In this document: positions 11,492-20,926 of the stretch, one piece after another
Numbering within the stretch: position 1 is the stretch's first letter
Layout of the letters: each line of letters starts with the position of its first letter
DNA from: Tannerellaceae bacterium
Lineage (GTDB): Bacteria > Bacteroidota > Bacteroidia > Bacteroidales > CAMTPD01
DNA length: 64,000 bases
Assembly (NCBI GenBank): GCA_051660585.1
Contig: JBOFPV010000059.1
Coordinates: 16,551-80,550 of the forward strand
Reading direction: 5' to 3'
The notes under the pieces: model-generated
What the model saw: the letters and a program-made list of their open reading frames with translations, nothing else
The model's database searches: none
What the model was told of the DNA's origin: nothing
Position numbers and translations under genes: made by a program

Positions 11492-12055
11492 CTACAAATA
11501 AGTAAGAAAGATGTAAAGCGGCATGTAGTGTTGTAAATCTTTTCGCAGCTTTTTGAATGCAATGCCCATTTGTGTCTCTACCGTATTTACTGTGATAGAA
11601 AGTTCCTCGGCAATCTCTTTCTGTCTTTTTCCTTCAAGTTTACTTTTGATAAAGATCTCTTTGCACCGTTCTGGAAGATTATTAATTGCTTGCGTAAGGA
11701 TAGCTTCTGTACTATCTTGATCAAACAGTTTTGGGTCAAGCGCTTCGAGTGAATCAATTTTAAGCTTGAGGTTTAAGGTATATTCCTCTTGTAGTTGACG
11801 TTCGATCTCTTGGGTAAGAAATCGACGACGCAATGTGTCTAATGATCTGTTTTTTACTGATGTAAAGAGATATGCTACGAGATTGATGTCGGCAGGAAGC
11901 GTATCTAATCTTTCCCAAAGTTCTGTAAAAATATCTTGAACAATGTTTTCAGCATCTTCGTTCGATTGTACATATTGATATGCAAAACGCTTTGTTTTCG
12001 CATAGTATTGAATATATGTGTGCTCAAACCGTTGTTGTAACTGTTTGCTTTTCAT
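11492..12055 (-). CDS. ECF-type RNA polymerase sigma-70 family factor
   Basis: 187 aa. Region 2 (DAENIVQDIFTELWER) and region 4 HTH (KRQKEIAEELSITVNTVETQM). Confidence 0.9.
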   Translation of the reverse strand: MKSKQLQQRFEHTYIQYYAKTKRFAYQYVQSNEDAENIVQDIFTELWERLDTLPADINLVAYLFTSVKNRSLDTLRRRFLTQEIERQLQEEYTLNLKLKIDSLEALDPKLFDQDSTEAILTQAINNLPERCKEIFIKSKLEGKRQKEIAEELSITVNTVETQMGIAFKKLRKDLQHYMPLYIFLTYL

Positions 12056-12101
12056 GTTTATGCGGCTTAGATCGGTTGGTGTTCTTATTGTTTTATAGTG
12101 T

Positions 12102-12109
12102 CAAAGATA
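12102..12109 (-). promoter_or_regulatory. -7 box TATCTTTG (minus strand) for the ECF sigma gene
   Basis: Plus-strand caaagata is the reverse complement of TAnnTTTG, 47 nt upstream of the ATG at 12055. Confidence 0.45.
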
Positions 12110-12236
12110 CACAAATTTGCAACAATGAGCGTTTTTGTGAAAAGAAACAAATTAATTTAATTATAAAGACTTTAAAAGGAGGTCTAAAGGACTCTGTCGG
12201 GAGATTAAAGTGATCATTGAAATTCATACTAATGGA

Positions 12237-12435
12237 CTTTATATCCAAACCTAGTGAAGATGGAATCGTTCCATCGGCATCAAACAATTCCATCTTCACT
12301 AGGTTTAAATCGTTTGATGCCCATCAAACGATTTACTCTTCATTAGATTCAAATCGTCAGGTGCCGACCTGACGATTCATTCTTCACTATGATTGAATCG
12401 TCAGATCGCCTTCTGACGATTCTGTTCTCATAGAG
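12237..12435. repeat. Hairpin-repeat array A: four palindromic units with roughly 45-bp spacing
   Basis: Hairpins at 12251-12302, 12307-12334, 12352-12377 and 12395-12422 share an AATCGT...ACGATT stem core. Short spacers carry the words TTCACTA and TTCATTAG. A related array lies in inverted order at 50592-50776. Confidence 0.85.
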
Positions 12436-12649
12436 TTTATTTTCGAGCTGCGTTTGTGTGTCGGATTTTCTATGTATTGTTTCTTGTAGTAGTACACGAT
12501 GGCTGTGTAGAGTAGGGGGTGTGGCAAACTTTTTTGTAGCCCAAGTGTTGAAACAACATACGCATTGCATAATCATGTGTGTAATGATTAGTTTTCCCGT
12601 AATTTTTCAGAAATGAATATTTCCTTTGTTGTTTAGAAAATCCATATAG

Positions 12650-13330
12650 ATGAAAATATTAATAATAGAAGACGAAGCTGAACTTAGAGATATATTGAAA
12701 GATTCGCTCGAAAAGGAGCGTTATGTGGTAGAAACTGCCGGCAATCTAAAATCGGCTATGCAGAAGATCGAAGACTATGATTATGACTGTATTCTGCTCG
12801 ATATCATGTTGCCCGATGGTAGCGGACTTACCCTTCTCAAAGAGTTGAAGCAATTGCGAAAGCGTGAAAACGTGATTATTATTTCGGCCAAAGACTCGAT
12901 AGAAGATAAGGTGCATGGTCTTGATTTGGGGGCCGATGATTACTTACCTAAACCTTTTCATCTCGCCGAACTTACGGCTCGTATTAAAAGTGTGATTCGT
13001 CGTAACCAAAACAATGGCGAGATGAGCCTTTCTTACGGAAATATTACGTTGTATCCCGATCGTTTTGCCGTGAGTGTTGCTGATAAACCACTAGATCTCA
13101 ATCGAAAAGAGTATGATATCTTGTTCTATTTAATGAATAGACCCGATAGGCTGATTAATAAGAACACGTTGGCAGAGTCGGTTTGGGGCGATCACATTGA
13201 TCAAGTGGATAATTTTGATTTCATTTATGCGCAAATAAAGAACTTGCGCAAAAAACTCAAAGAGGCTCAGGCTACTCCGCAAATTAAAGCTGTATATGGC
13301 TTTGGGTATAAATTTACAACAGACGAATAA
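12650..13330 (+). CDS. OmpR/PhoB-family response regulator
   Basis: 226 aa. Receiver domain (DCILLDIMLPDGSG, phospho-acceptor Asp context) plus a winged-helix C-terminus (YGFGYKF). Confidence 0.93.
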   Translation: MKILIIEDEAELRDILKDSLEKERYVVETAGNLKSAMQKIEDYDYDCILLDIMLPDGSGLTLLKELKQLRKRENVIIISAKDSIEDKVHGLDLGADDYLPKPFHLAELTARIKSVIRRNQNNGEMSLSYGNITLYPDRFAVSVADKPLDLNRKEYDILFYLMNRPDRLINKNTLAESVWGDHIDQVDNFDFIYAQIKNLRKKLKEAQATPQIKAVYGFGYKFTTDE

Positions 13331-13333
13331 TGT

Positions 13334-14605
13334 ATGAAGTTACTGAATAAAATATTATTTCAGATATCGCCGTTGTTGCTTATCGTGATGACATTATGGG
13401 CTGCATGGTTTTATACGGTTATGATACGTGAAGTAAATGATGAGGTTGATGATTCTCTCGAGACCGCTTCGGAACAAATTATTATTCGAACATTGGCCGG
13501 AGAGGATGTTTCGCATGTAAATCATGGAACGAATAATCAATACTACATTCATGAGGTGACAGACGAATATGCGAATGCAAATCGTTACAGAAGATTCATT
13601 GATTCAATGGTTTATATCAAATCAAAAAAGGAAAAGGAACCTGCTCGTATTCTCAAGACTTACTTCAAAGACGACGAGGATCGAATGCTCGAATTGGTTG
13701 TGAGTACCCCCACTATTGAGAAGGATGATTTGCAGGCTGCTATTTTTAAATGGGTCTTGATTCTTTATTTCTCATTGTTGGTTATTATTATATTGATCAA
13801 CGTGTGGATGTTTAAACAAAATCTTTCTCCGCTTTACGTGCTGCTGAAATGGCTTGATAAGTACAAAATAGGCGGACACAATCCTCCTCTTGATAACGAG
13901 ACGGGTGTAGTTGAGTTTCAGAAACTAAACAATGCGGCTTTGCGCAATGCACAACGGGCCGAAACTCTTTTCGAACAACAAAAATTATTTATAGGAAATG
14001 CGTCGCATGAAATACAAACGCCGTTGGCTATTTGTAAGAATCGCCTGGAAATGATGATGGAAGATCCTGATGTCACAGAGAAACAACTAGAGGAACTAAT
14101 CAAGGTGCATAAAACATTGGGTAGTATTACCAAACTCAATAAGTCGTTGCTTCTACTTAGTAAAATAGATAATGGACAGTTTATTGAGGTAAATTTGATT
14201 AAGATGAACTCGTTGATCGAACGTTATCTGGCAGATTTTCGCGAAGCTTATGCGTATAAGGATATCGATGTTACTTATGTTGCGCATGCTAATTTTGTGC
14301 TTGAGATAAATGAGTCCTTAGCGGTGATCTTAGTAACTAATTTACTGAAAAATGCATTCGTGCATAACATAGAAAGAGGTTCAATACGTATTGATCTTTA
14401 TTCTGATTCTCTTGTTATCGCAAACACGGGAGATGACGGAACTCTTGATGCAGAACGAATTTTTGAGCGTTTCTACCATACTCGTAAGCGCGAAGGATCT
14501 ACAGGATTAGGCTTAGCTTTGGTAGAATCGATATGTAAACTGTATGAATTGAAGTGTAACTATAAATTTGTTGATGGCTTGCATCAATTTAGTTTAGAAA
14601 GTTAA
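13334..14605 (+). CDS. Sensor histidine kinase
   Basis: 423 aa with two TM segments. H-box FIGNASHEIQTPLA and G2 box GSTGLGLALV. Confidence 0.9.
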   Translation: MKLLNKILFQISPLLLIVMTLWAAWFYTVMIREVNDEVDDSLETASEQIIIRTLAGEDVSHVNHGTNNQYYIHEVTDEYANANRYRRFIDSMVYIKSKKEKEPARILKTYFKDDEDRMLELVVSTPTIEKDDLQAAIFKWVLILYFSLLVIIILINVWMFKQNLSPLYVLLKWLDKYKIGGHNPPLDNETGVVEFQKLNNAALRNAQRAETLFEQQKLFIGNASHEIQTPLAICKNRLEMMMEDPDVTEKQLEELIKVHKTLGSITKLNKSLLLLSKIDNGQFIEVNLIKMNSLIERYLADFREAYAYKDIDVTYVAHANFVLEINESLAVILVTNLLKNAFVHNIERGSIRIDLYSDSLVIANTGDDGTLDAERIFERFYHTRKREGSTGLGLALVESICKLYELKCNYKFVDGLHQFSLES

Positions 14606-14672
14606 TTTGTTTCAGTTTCATTTCAGAATCAAGTTGCAACTTTGCAGTGTAATAATAAAAACAAAGGATAAT

Positions 14673-15113
14673 ATGATACGAAAAATGTGTGTTTTATTGA
14701 TGGGTCTTTTTGCTTTACAAACAATGGTAAAAGCAGATGATGAAAGACTAATCACGGTAGATCAGTTGCCAAAACCGGCTCAGAAATTTATAAGTATGTA
14801 CTTCCCGGACCATAAGATTTCGATGGTGAAAGAGGAAGAAGATTTTTTTAACGTAGAGTATGATGTGATCTTTACTGATGGCGACAAAGTTGAGTTTTTA
14901 AAGAACGGCGAATGGAAAAAAATCGAATGTCGTGTTAGGCCGGTACCATACTCGGTGGTTCCGGGGGCTGTTAGATCTTTTATTGAACAGAAACATCCCG
15001 ATGCTCAAATAATGAAAGTCGAGAAAGATAAAGGAGATCTTGAGATTGAATTGAATAATAAGATCGAATTGAGATTTGGTAAAGATCATCAGTTTAAACG
15101 TTACGAAGACTAA
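14673..15113 (+). CDS. PepSY-like (DUF2874-type) secreted protein
   Basis: Signal peptide MIRKMCVLLMGLFALQTMVKA. Paralogous to the next gene (shared LP..AQ.F....F, GEW..I, P.....I). ATG 14673 preferred over the tracked start at 14607. Confidence 0.65.
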   Translation: MIRKMCVLLMGLFALQTMVKADDERLITVDQLPKPAQKFISMYFPDHKISMVKEEEDFFNVEYDVIFTDGDKVEFLKNGEWKKIECRVRPVPYSVVPGAVRSFIEQKHPDAQIMKVEKDKGDLEIELNNKIELRFGKDHQFKRYED

Positions 15114-15145
15114 TTATTCAAAACACGAAACACTATAAAATATTG

Positions 15146-15592
15146 ATGATGAAAAAGAGTTTATTTCTTCTTGCTATGCTCGTGATGAGCTTTGGGTTTT
15201 TTATCTCATGTGACAATGATGACGACACATTGATCTCATATAATAAGTTGCCAGTAGCTGCACAAGAGTTTGTGCAAAGTTATTTCGATGAGTCAAAGGT
15301 TATAAATGTATTCTATGATAAAGACTATTCTGACCGAGAATATAAGGTGATATTTGCTGATGGTAGCACGATTAGCTTTGATCGCTCGGGCGAGTGGGAA
15401 GAGATCTATATGCCTTTTGGGATTAAAGATGCACTAATTCCAATTAAAATTTTAGACTTCGTAGATGCGAGACATCCAAATGCTCGAATTGTACAAATAG
15501 ATAGAGATAGAAGAGATATTGAGATCGAATTAAGCAATGGGTTAGATCTTATATTCGATTTAAATTACAATTTTGTCAGATACGACGATTAA
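15146..15592 (+). CDS. PepSY-like (DUF2874-type) lipoprotein, paralogue of the preceding gene
   Basis: Signal and lipobox LVMSFGFFISC, with the same repeat architecture as 14673..15113. Confidence 0.65.
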   Translation: MMKKSLFLLAMLVMSFGFFISCDNDDDTLISYNKLPVAAQEFVQSYFDESKVINVFYDKDYSDREYKVIFADGSTISFDRSGEWEEIYMPFGIKDALIPIKILDFVDARHPNARIVQIDRDRRDIEIELSNGLDLIFDLNYNFVRYDD

Positions 15593-15615
15593 TTTAAAAT
15601 ATTTCTGGAAACGCC

Positions 15616-15660
15616 AAGCCGAAGCCAAGTCGTGAGACTATAGCTTCGGCTTCTTTTATT
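15616..15660 (+). terminator. Terminator after the two-component/PepSY operon
   Basis: Stem aagccgaagc / gcttcggctt followed by cttttatttt. Confidence 0.7.
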
Positions 15661-16662
15661 TTATATCTTAGCTAAAACTTCATCAATCAGTTCGAGCTCT
15701 CTTTCGCTCAAAGGTGTTTCGTTGAGAATAGAAAGATTGGTTTTGAGCTGTTCTACCGAACTACTGCCGATAATCACAGAGGTTACTTCCGGTTTTCGTA
15801 ATATCCAAAGAAGGGCTAACTCTGCAAGTGTTTTGCCAAGGGTTTGAGCAATGTTGTTCAATTCATTTAATACCTCTTGAAGATGTGGGGTAATGGCCGA
15901 CTCTTGTAAGAATCCGTGAGGTTTTGCTGCACGTGAATCTGTAGGAATATTCTTAAGGTATTTGCTAGTCAATAAACCTTGTGCCAGCGGAGAGAATGCT
16001 ATAAATCCGGCTCCGGCTTCTTGTACAAGATCGAAATGTTGCTTTTCGACGTCGCGCATCAACATGTTGTATCGATCTTGATAAATCAAGCACGGAACAC
16101 CTTCTTCTTTCAGTAATCGTACAGCTTTGCATGCTTCTTCAATCGGATATTTAGATAGTCCTACATAAAGGGCTTTTCCTTGACGTACGATATCGGCGAG
16201 TGCACGCATGGTTTCTTCAATTGGTGTGGAAGAATCGTAACGATGGCTGTAAAATATGTCAAAATACTCAAGTCCGGTGCGTTGTAGGCTTTGATCAATT
16301 GATGCCATCATGCTCTTTCGCGAACATCCGTCGCCGTAGGGTCCGGGCCACATGCGGTGACCGGCTTTGGAAGATATAATCATTTCATCACGATAACCAG
16401 CAAAATCTTTTCGAAGTATCTTGCCAAACGTTTGCTCAGCACTACCAGGAGGGGGACCGTAATTATTGGCCAAGTCAAAGTGTGTGATTCCGTGGTCGAA
16501 GGCATAGGTAAGCATTTCACGGCAATTGGCAAAAGCATCTACTTCGCCAAAGTTGTGCCACAACCCAAGTGAAATAAGGGGTAATTGCAATCCGCTGTTT
16601 CCGCAATTTGAGAACTGCATGGATTGTTCATACCTGTTTTCGGAAGGAACATAGGTATTCAT
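15661..16662 (-). CDS. Aldo/keto reductase (YghZ / Kv-beta-like subfamily)
   Basis: 333 aa. Motifs GITHFDLANNYGPPPG and SNCGNSGLQLPLISLGLWHNFG. Confidence 0.88.
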   Translation of the reverse strand: MNTYVPSENRYEQSMQFSNCGNSGLQLPLISLGLWHNFGEVDAFANCREMLTYAFDHGITHFDLANNYGPPPGSAEQTFGKILRKDFAGYRDEMIISSKAGHRMWPGPYGDGCSRKSMMASIDQSLQRTGLEYFDIFYSHRYDSSTPIEETMRALADIVRQGKALYVGLSKYPIEEACKAVRLLKEEGVPCLIYQDRYNMLMRDVEKQHFDLVQEAGAGFIAFSPLAQGLLTSKYLKNIPTDSRAAKPHGFLQESAITPHLQEVLNELNNIAQTLGKTLAELALLWILRKPEVTSVIIGSSSVEQLKTNLSILNETPLSERELELIDEVLAKI

Positions 16663-16730
16663 AAGGTTTTATTATTTGTTGCGTGGTAAATATAACACAA
16701 GAATTCTATTCGGAGAAGTACCGTAGGGAG

Positions 16731-16767
16731 TAAAAAAAGAGGAGACCTCCAATCGGAAGTCTCCTCT
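16731..16767 (-). terminator. Terminator of the mmd operon
   Basis: Stem agaggagac / gtctcctct. The A-run on the plus strand is a T-run on the minus strand. Confidence 0.75.
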
Positions 16768-16797
16768 GATATGTATAGATCTTCTTGATGATTTCAA

Positions 16798-17958
16798 TTA
16801 TCCCAAGAATCCAAGTAAGATACCGGCAGCTACAGCCGAACCGATAACTCCTGCTACGTTAGGACCCATGGCGTGCATCAACAAGTAGTTTGTAGGATCG
16901 TATTCTAAACCTACAACTTGTGAAATACGAGCAGAGTCTGGCACTGCCGATACTCCGGCATTACCAATAAGCGGATTGATCTTGTTTCCTTCTTTCAAGA
17001 ATAAGTTGAAGAACTTCACAAACAATACTCCGGCACATGTAGCAATCACGAATGAAAGGGCTCCAAGTGCGAAGATTTTAATTGAGTCCCAAGTTAGGAA
17101 CTGTGTTGCTTGTGTTGAAGCACCAACGGTTACTCCTAATAAGATGGTGATAACGTCGATAAGCGGACCGCGAGCAGTTTCAGCCAAACGACGGGTTACA
17201 CCACTTTCTTTTAGTAAGTTCCCAAAGAACAACATACCCAAAAGAGGAAGGCCAGAAGGTACAAGGAATGTTGTAAGCAACAATCCGATGATAGGGAAGA
17301 TGATTTTCTCTGTAGAAGATACCGCGCGAGGTGCTTTCATGCGGATCAAACGCTCTTTCTTTGTTGTAAGCAACTTCATGAAAGGAGGCTGAATGATCGG
17401 CACCAATGCCATGTAGGAGTAGGCCGATATGGCGATTGCTCCCATCAGGTTTGGTGCTAGTTTGGATGAAAGGAAGATCGCGGTAGGTCCGTCTGCTCCT
17501 CCAATAATACCGATTGCTCCGGCTTGATTCGGTTCAAAACCCATTTGAAGCGCAATTACATAAGCTCCGAAGATACCAAACTGCGCTGCTGCACCGATAA
17601 GCATCAACTTAGGATTAGAGATAAGAGCCGAGAAGTCGGTCATCGCTCCGATTCCTAAGAATATCAATGGCGGATACCAGCCTTGGGTTACCCCTTGGTA
17701 GAGAATATTGAGTACAGAACCTTCTTCATATATTCCCAGTTGTAAGCCGGCATCTTTGAACGGAATGTTACCGATAAGGATACCGAAACCGATTGGGATA
17801 AGAAGCATAGGTTCAAATTCATGGGCAATAGCCAGATAGATAAACACTAGCCCTACAATCAACATGGCGATATGTCCTATCGTAATGTTGGCAAAGCCGG
17901 TATAGGTAAGGAACGTTTCAATGTTACTTACCAGAAATGAAAAGAATCCTTCTTGCAT
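16798..17958 (-). CDS. mmdB: Na+-translocating decarboxylase beta subunit (OadB/MmdB family)
   Basis: 386 aa polytopic membrane protein with the family-typical GADGPTAIF and NLLKESGV segments. Confidence 0.92.
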   Translation of the reverse strand: MQEGFFSFLVSNIETFLTYTGFANITIGHIAMLIVGLVFIYLAIAHEFEPMLLIPIGFGILIGNIPFKDAGLQLGIYEEGSVLNILYQGVTQGWYPPLIFLGIGAMTDFSALISNPKLMLIGAAAQFGIFGAYVIALQMGFEPNQAGAIGIIGGADGPTAIFLSSKLAPNLMGAIAISAYSYMALVPIIQPPFMKLLTTKKERLIRMKAPRAVSSTEKIIFPIIGLLLTTFLVPSGLPLLGMLFFGNLLKESGVTRRLAETARGPLIDVITILLGVTVGASTQATQFLTWDSIKIFALGALSFVIATCAGVLFVKFFNLFLKEGNKINPLIGNAGVSAVPDSARISQVVGLEYDPTNYLLMHAMGPNVAGVIGSAVAAGILLGFLG

Positions 17959-17962
17959 AACA

Positions 17963-18406
17963 TTAACCGATTACGATAAGATCTGCGCCTTCAAGTACAG
18001 AGTCTCCTTTGTTTACTTTTACTTCAATAATCTTACCGTCTCTGTCGGCATTGATATTATTTTCCATTTTCATCGCTTCAAGAATCGCGATCTTTTGTCC
18101 GCGTTTTACAATGTCTCCTACTTTTACAGACACTTCAAGAATAACGCCTGGAAGAGGAGAACGTACTGCACCTGCCGCACCACTACTTTGAGAAGGTGCT
18201 GCAACCGGAGCTGCTGCAACCGGAGCACTTGTTTGCGCAGGACGTGATATTACTGAATGTGGTTTCTTAAGTGTTTTCTTTGCAGGTTTCTCCATTTCAA
18301 CTTTATATGGAGTACCATTTACTTCTACTTCGGCAATGTTGTCTTCCATGCTGTTGATCGTAACATTGTATTCATTACCGTTAATGATGTATTTATATTG
18401 TTTCAT
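17963..18406 (-). CDS. mmdC: Biotin carboxyl carrier subunit (biotinyl domain)
   Basis: 147 aa. Ala/Pro linker and the biotinylation motif LEAMKMEN. Confidence 0.92.
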   Translation of the reverse strand: MKQYKYIINGNEYNVTINSMEDNIAEVEVNGTPYKVEMEKPAKKTLKKPHSVISRPAQTSAPVAAAPVAAPSQSSGAAGAVRSPLPGVILEVSVKVGDIVKRGQKIAILEAMKMENNINADRDGKIIEVKVNKGDSVLEGADLIVIG

Positions 18407-18426
18407 TTTTCAATAGCTTTAGATGA

Positions 18427-19317
18427 TTAGTTTCTTGGATTCTTACGTAATGTGTAGATTTTCGAACTCCAAGGAGAGTAGGTGCGTTGTACGCGCTCGA
18501 TAGTCAAGACTGTGTCTTCAATGTCGTGTACATCCTCGGCAGCTTCATGCAATGCCGTTGCGATAGCGGCAAACACCTCTCCAGAGGCTTCGCTAACATC
18601 TGCAATTTGGACTCCTCCTGCTGCTTTGGCTGCCATCTCAGCTCTTTTCTTGCTAAGTGCAATTGCGATTTTGCCAACCAATTTGAATACTAGGAATAAA
18701 ACACAAAGTCCGCAGAACACTACAGCCATCGCAGTAAGAGTCATACCTACACCCGATGGGTCGTTTTCTTTGAAATTGTCGATCTTTGCATTCGAATTCA
18801 ATGTGATGTTGTTGGTGCTCGGAGTTACTTTTTCAAAAGAAATCCATTCGCCGGTTCCATCTTGTGAGAGTCCATAACTGACATCTGCTTTTTGCGATGC
18901 AGGAATAACAACCTCGTCGATTAGTGTACGTCCGTCTGAGTCATACAAAGCAAGATAGTTGTCTTTTGTAGGATCAAATGTGAAGTTCAAGTGAAACGTA
19001 CCGTGACTTGGGTTGTTGTCTGCCCAAAACAAAGTGTGCTGACGGGGTCTGATCTTAGTAAGTACATCTCCTTTAGGGATCATGTACTTTTTCGGATTGT
19101 TAGGATCGTCTGTTAGATAGCAAGCTGCAATATCAACTGTTCCTGCCGAATTATTATAAATCTCAATCCAAGGGCTTTTTTTACCGTAATCGTCTTGAAA
19201 ATTATCCTCGTTAATCACAAGCACTTCGTTGAGCTTGAGTGAGGTAGTGCGTTGCGCGCTTACGCCGAACGAAATCAGCAAAGCAAACAAAACACCCCAT
19301 ATTCTCTTGTGTATCAT
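18427..19317 (-). CDS. Lamin-tail-domain protein fused to an OadG/MmdD-like membrane subunit
   Basis: 296 aa. Signal peptide, LTD-like LKLNEVLVINE...SPWIEIYNNSAGTVDIAACYLTDD, a TM (LTAMAVVFCGLCVLFLVF) and an OadG-like Ala-rich C-terminus. Confidence 0.75.
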   Translation of the reverse strand: MIHKRIWGVLFALLISFGVSAQRTTSLKLNEVLVINEDNFQDDYGKKSPWIEIYNNSAGTVDIAACYLTDDPNNPKKYMIPKGDVLTKIRPRQHTLFWADNNPSHGTFHLNFTFDPTKDNYLALYDSDGRTLIDEVVIPASQKADVSYGLSQDGTGEWISFEKVTPSTNNITLNSNAKIDNFKENDPSGVGMTLTAMAVVFCGLCVLFLVFKLVGKIAIALSKKRAEMAAKAAGGVQIADVSEASGEVFAAIATALHEAAEDVHDIEDTVLTIERVQRTYSPWSSKIYTLRKNPRN

Positions 19318-19337
19318 ACTTAAATGGTTTAATCGAA

Positions 19338-20891
19338 TTAAAGAGGAAGGTTATCGTGTTTCTTCGCCGGATTTGTCAGCTTCTTAGTTTGAAGTTGTTG
19401 CAATGCTCTGATAATACGGAATCGCGTGTTTCTTGGTTCGATAACATCGTCGATGTAACCATATTGAGCGGCATTGTAAGGGTTTGCAAATTTATCGCGG
19501 TATTCGGCTTCTTTTTGTTTTGTGCATTCAGCAGGGTTTTCCGATGCAGCAACTTCTTTAGAGAAGATGATTTCAACCGCACCCGATGGGCCCATTACGG
19601 CAATTTCGGCAGTTGGCCATGCATAGTTAACATCTCCACGTAGGTGTTTTGAGCTCATTACACAATAGGCTCCACCATATGATTTACGCAATGTTACTGT
19701 TACTTTTGGAACTGTAGCTTCGCCATATGCGTAAAGAAGTTTTGCTCCATGTAGGATTACACCACCATACTCTTGGCCAGTACCCGGAAGGAAGCCCGGA
19801 ACATCTACTAATGTCACTAATGGAATATTAAATGCGTCGCAGAAACGAACGAAGCGAGCTGCTTTTCTTGATGCGTTGATATCTAGCACACCTGCCATTT
19901 TGCTTGGTTGGTTAGCTACGATACCAACAGACTGTCCGTTGAAACGGGCAAAACCGACGATGATGTTTTGAGCGTATTCTCTATGTACTTCAAGAAACTC
20001 GCCGTTGTCGATGATTGCACCGATTACTTCATACATGTCGTATGGTTTGTTCGGATTGTCTGGAATAATTTCATTAAGAGCATCCTCTAGTCTGTCGATT
20101 GGATCGGTACATTCTCTAAGAGGTGCTTCTTCAAGGTTGTTTTGAGGTAAGAAACTTAGAAGTTTCTGGATAAGTGTGATTCCTTCATCTTCGTTATCAA
20201 CGGCAAAATGAGCAACCCCTGAGCGAGTAGCATGAACGCTTGCTCCACCTAGCGATTCTTGGTCTACGTCTTCACCTGTTACTGTTTTCACAACTTTAGG
20301 ACCGGTAAGGAACATATAACTTGTTCCGCGAGTCATGATGTTGAAGTCGGTAAGGGCTGGTGAGTATACGGCACCACCGGCACAAGGACCAAAGATACCT
20401 GAGATTTGAGGAATTACTCCCGACGCTAAAATATTTCGTTGGAAGATCTCCGCATATCCGGCTAAAGCATTAACACCTTCTTGAATACGTGCGCCACCCG
20501 AATCATTGATACCAATAACAGGGGCTCCCATTTTCATTGCTTGATCCATTACTTTACAGATCTTCATAGCTAGCGATTCGGAAAGAGATCCTCCGAATAC
20601 GGTGAAATCTTGAGCGTAAATATAAACTAGACGTCCGTCGATTGTACCATAACCGGTTACGACACCGTCACCAAGAAATTTTTCATTTTCAAGTCCGAAG
20701 TTGGTGCAACGGTGTTGTACAAACATATCAAACTCTTCGAAGCTTCCTTCGTCAAGAAGCATTGCGATGCGTTCGCGGGCTGTGTATTTTCCTTTTTTGT
20801 GTTGAGATTCGATACGTTTCTCTCCACCACCAAGACGAGCTTTTTCGCGTAGTTGGATTAGCTCTTTTACTTTTTCAAGTTGGTTACTCAT
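19338..20891 (-). CDS. mmdA: Methylmalonyl-CoA carboxyltransferase (acyl-CoA carboxylase beta family)
   Basis: 517 aa. Carboxyltransferase motifs GGARIQEG and [12 protein letters not shown]. Confidence 0.93.
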   Translation of the reverse strand: MSNQLEKVKELIQLREKARLGGGEKRIESQHKKGKYTARERIAMLLDEGSFEEFDMFVQHRCTNFGLENEKFLGDGVVTGYGTIDGRLVYIYAQDFTVFGGSLSESLAMKICKVMDQAMKMGAPVIGINDSGGARIQEGVNALAGYAEIFQRNILASGVIPQISGIFGPCAGGAVYSPALTDFNIMTRGTSYMFLTGPKVVKTVTGEDVDQESLGGASVHATRSGVAHFAVDNEDEGITLIQKLLSFLPQNNLEEAPLRECTDPIDRLEDALNEIIPDNPNKPYDMYEVIGAIIDNGEFLEVHREYAQNIIVGFARFNGQSVGIVANQPSKMAGVLDINASRKAARFVRFCDAFNIPLVTLVDVPGFLPGTGQEYGGVILHGAKLLYAYGEATVPKVTVTLRKSYGGAYCVMSSKHLRGDVNYAWPTAEIAVMGPSGAVEIIFSKEVAASENPAECTKQKEAEYRDKFANPYNAAQYGYIDDVIEPRNTRFRIIRALQQLQTKKLTNPAKKHDNLPL

Positions 20892-20926
20892 TTTAGTACG
20901 TTTTTTTATGGTAAGATATTAAGGTG

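Noticed and set aside
12237-12435. Possible CRISPR array, because of regularly spaced repeated sequence (also at 50592-50776).
   Set aside because: The conserved parts are the two arms of each hairpin, and the variable parts are only 4-8 nt loops plus 16-17 nt semi-conserved spacers. There are no 25-40 nt unique spacers, no leader and no cas genes in the window.
12349-12576. 75-aa minus-strand ORF across array A.
   Set aside because: Its translation (…RIVRRRSDDSIIVKNESSGRHLTI) simply reads through the palindromic repeats. It has no start context or protein-like features.
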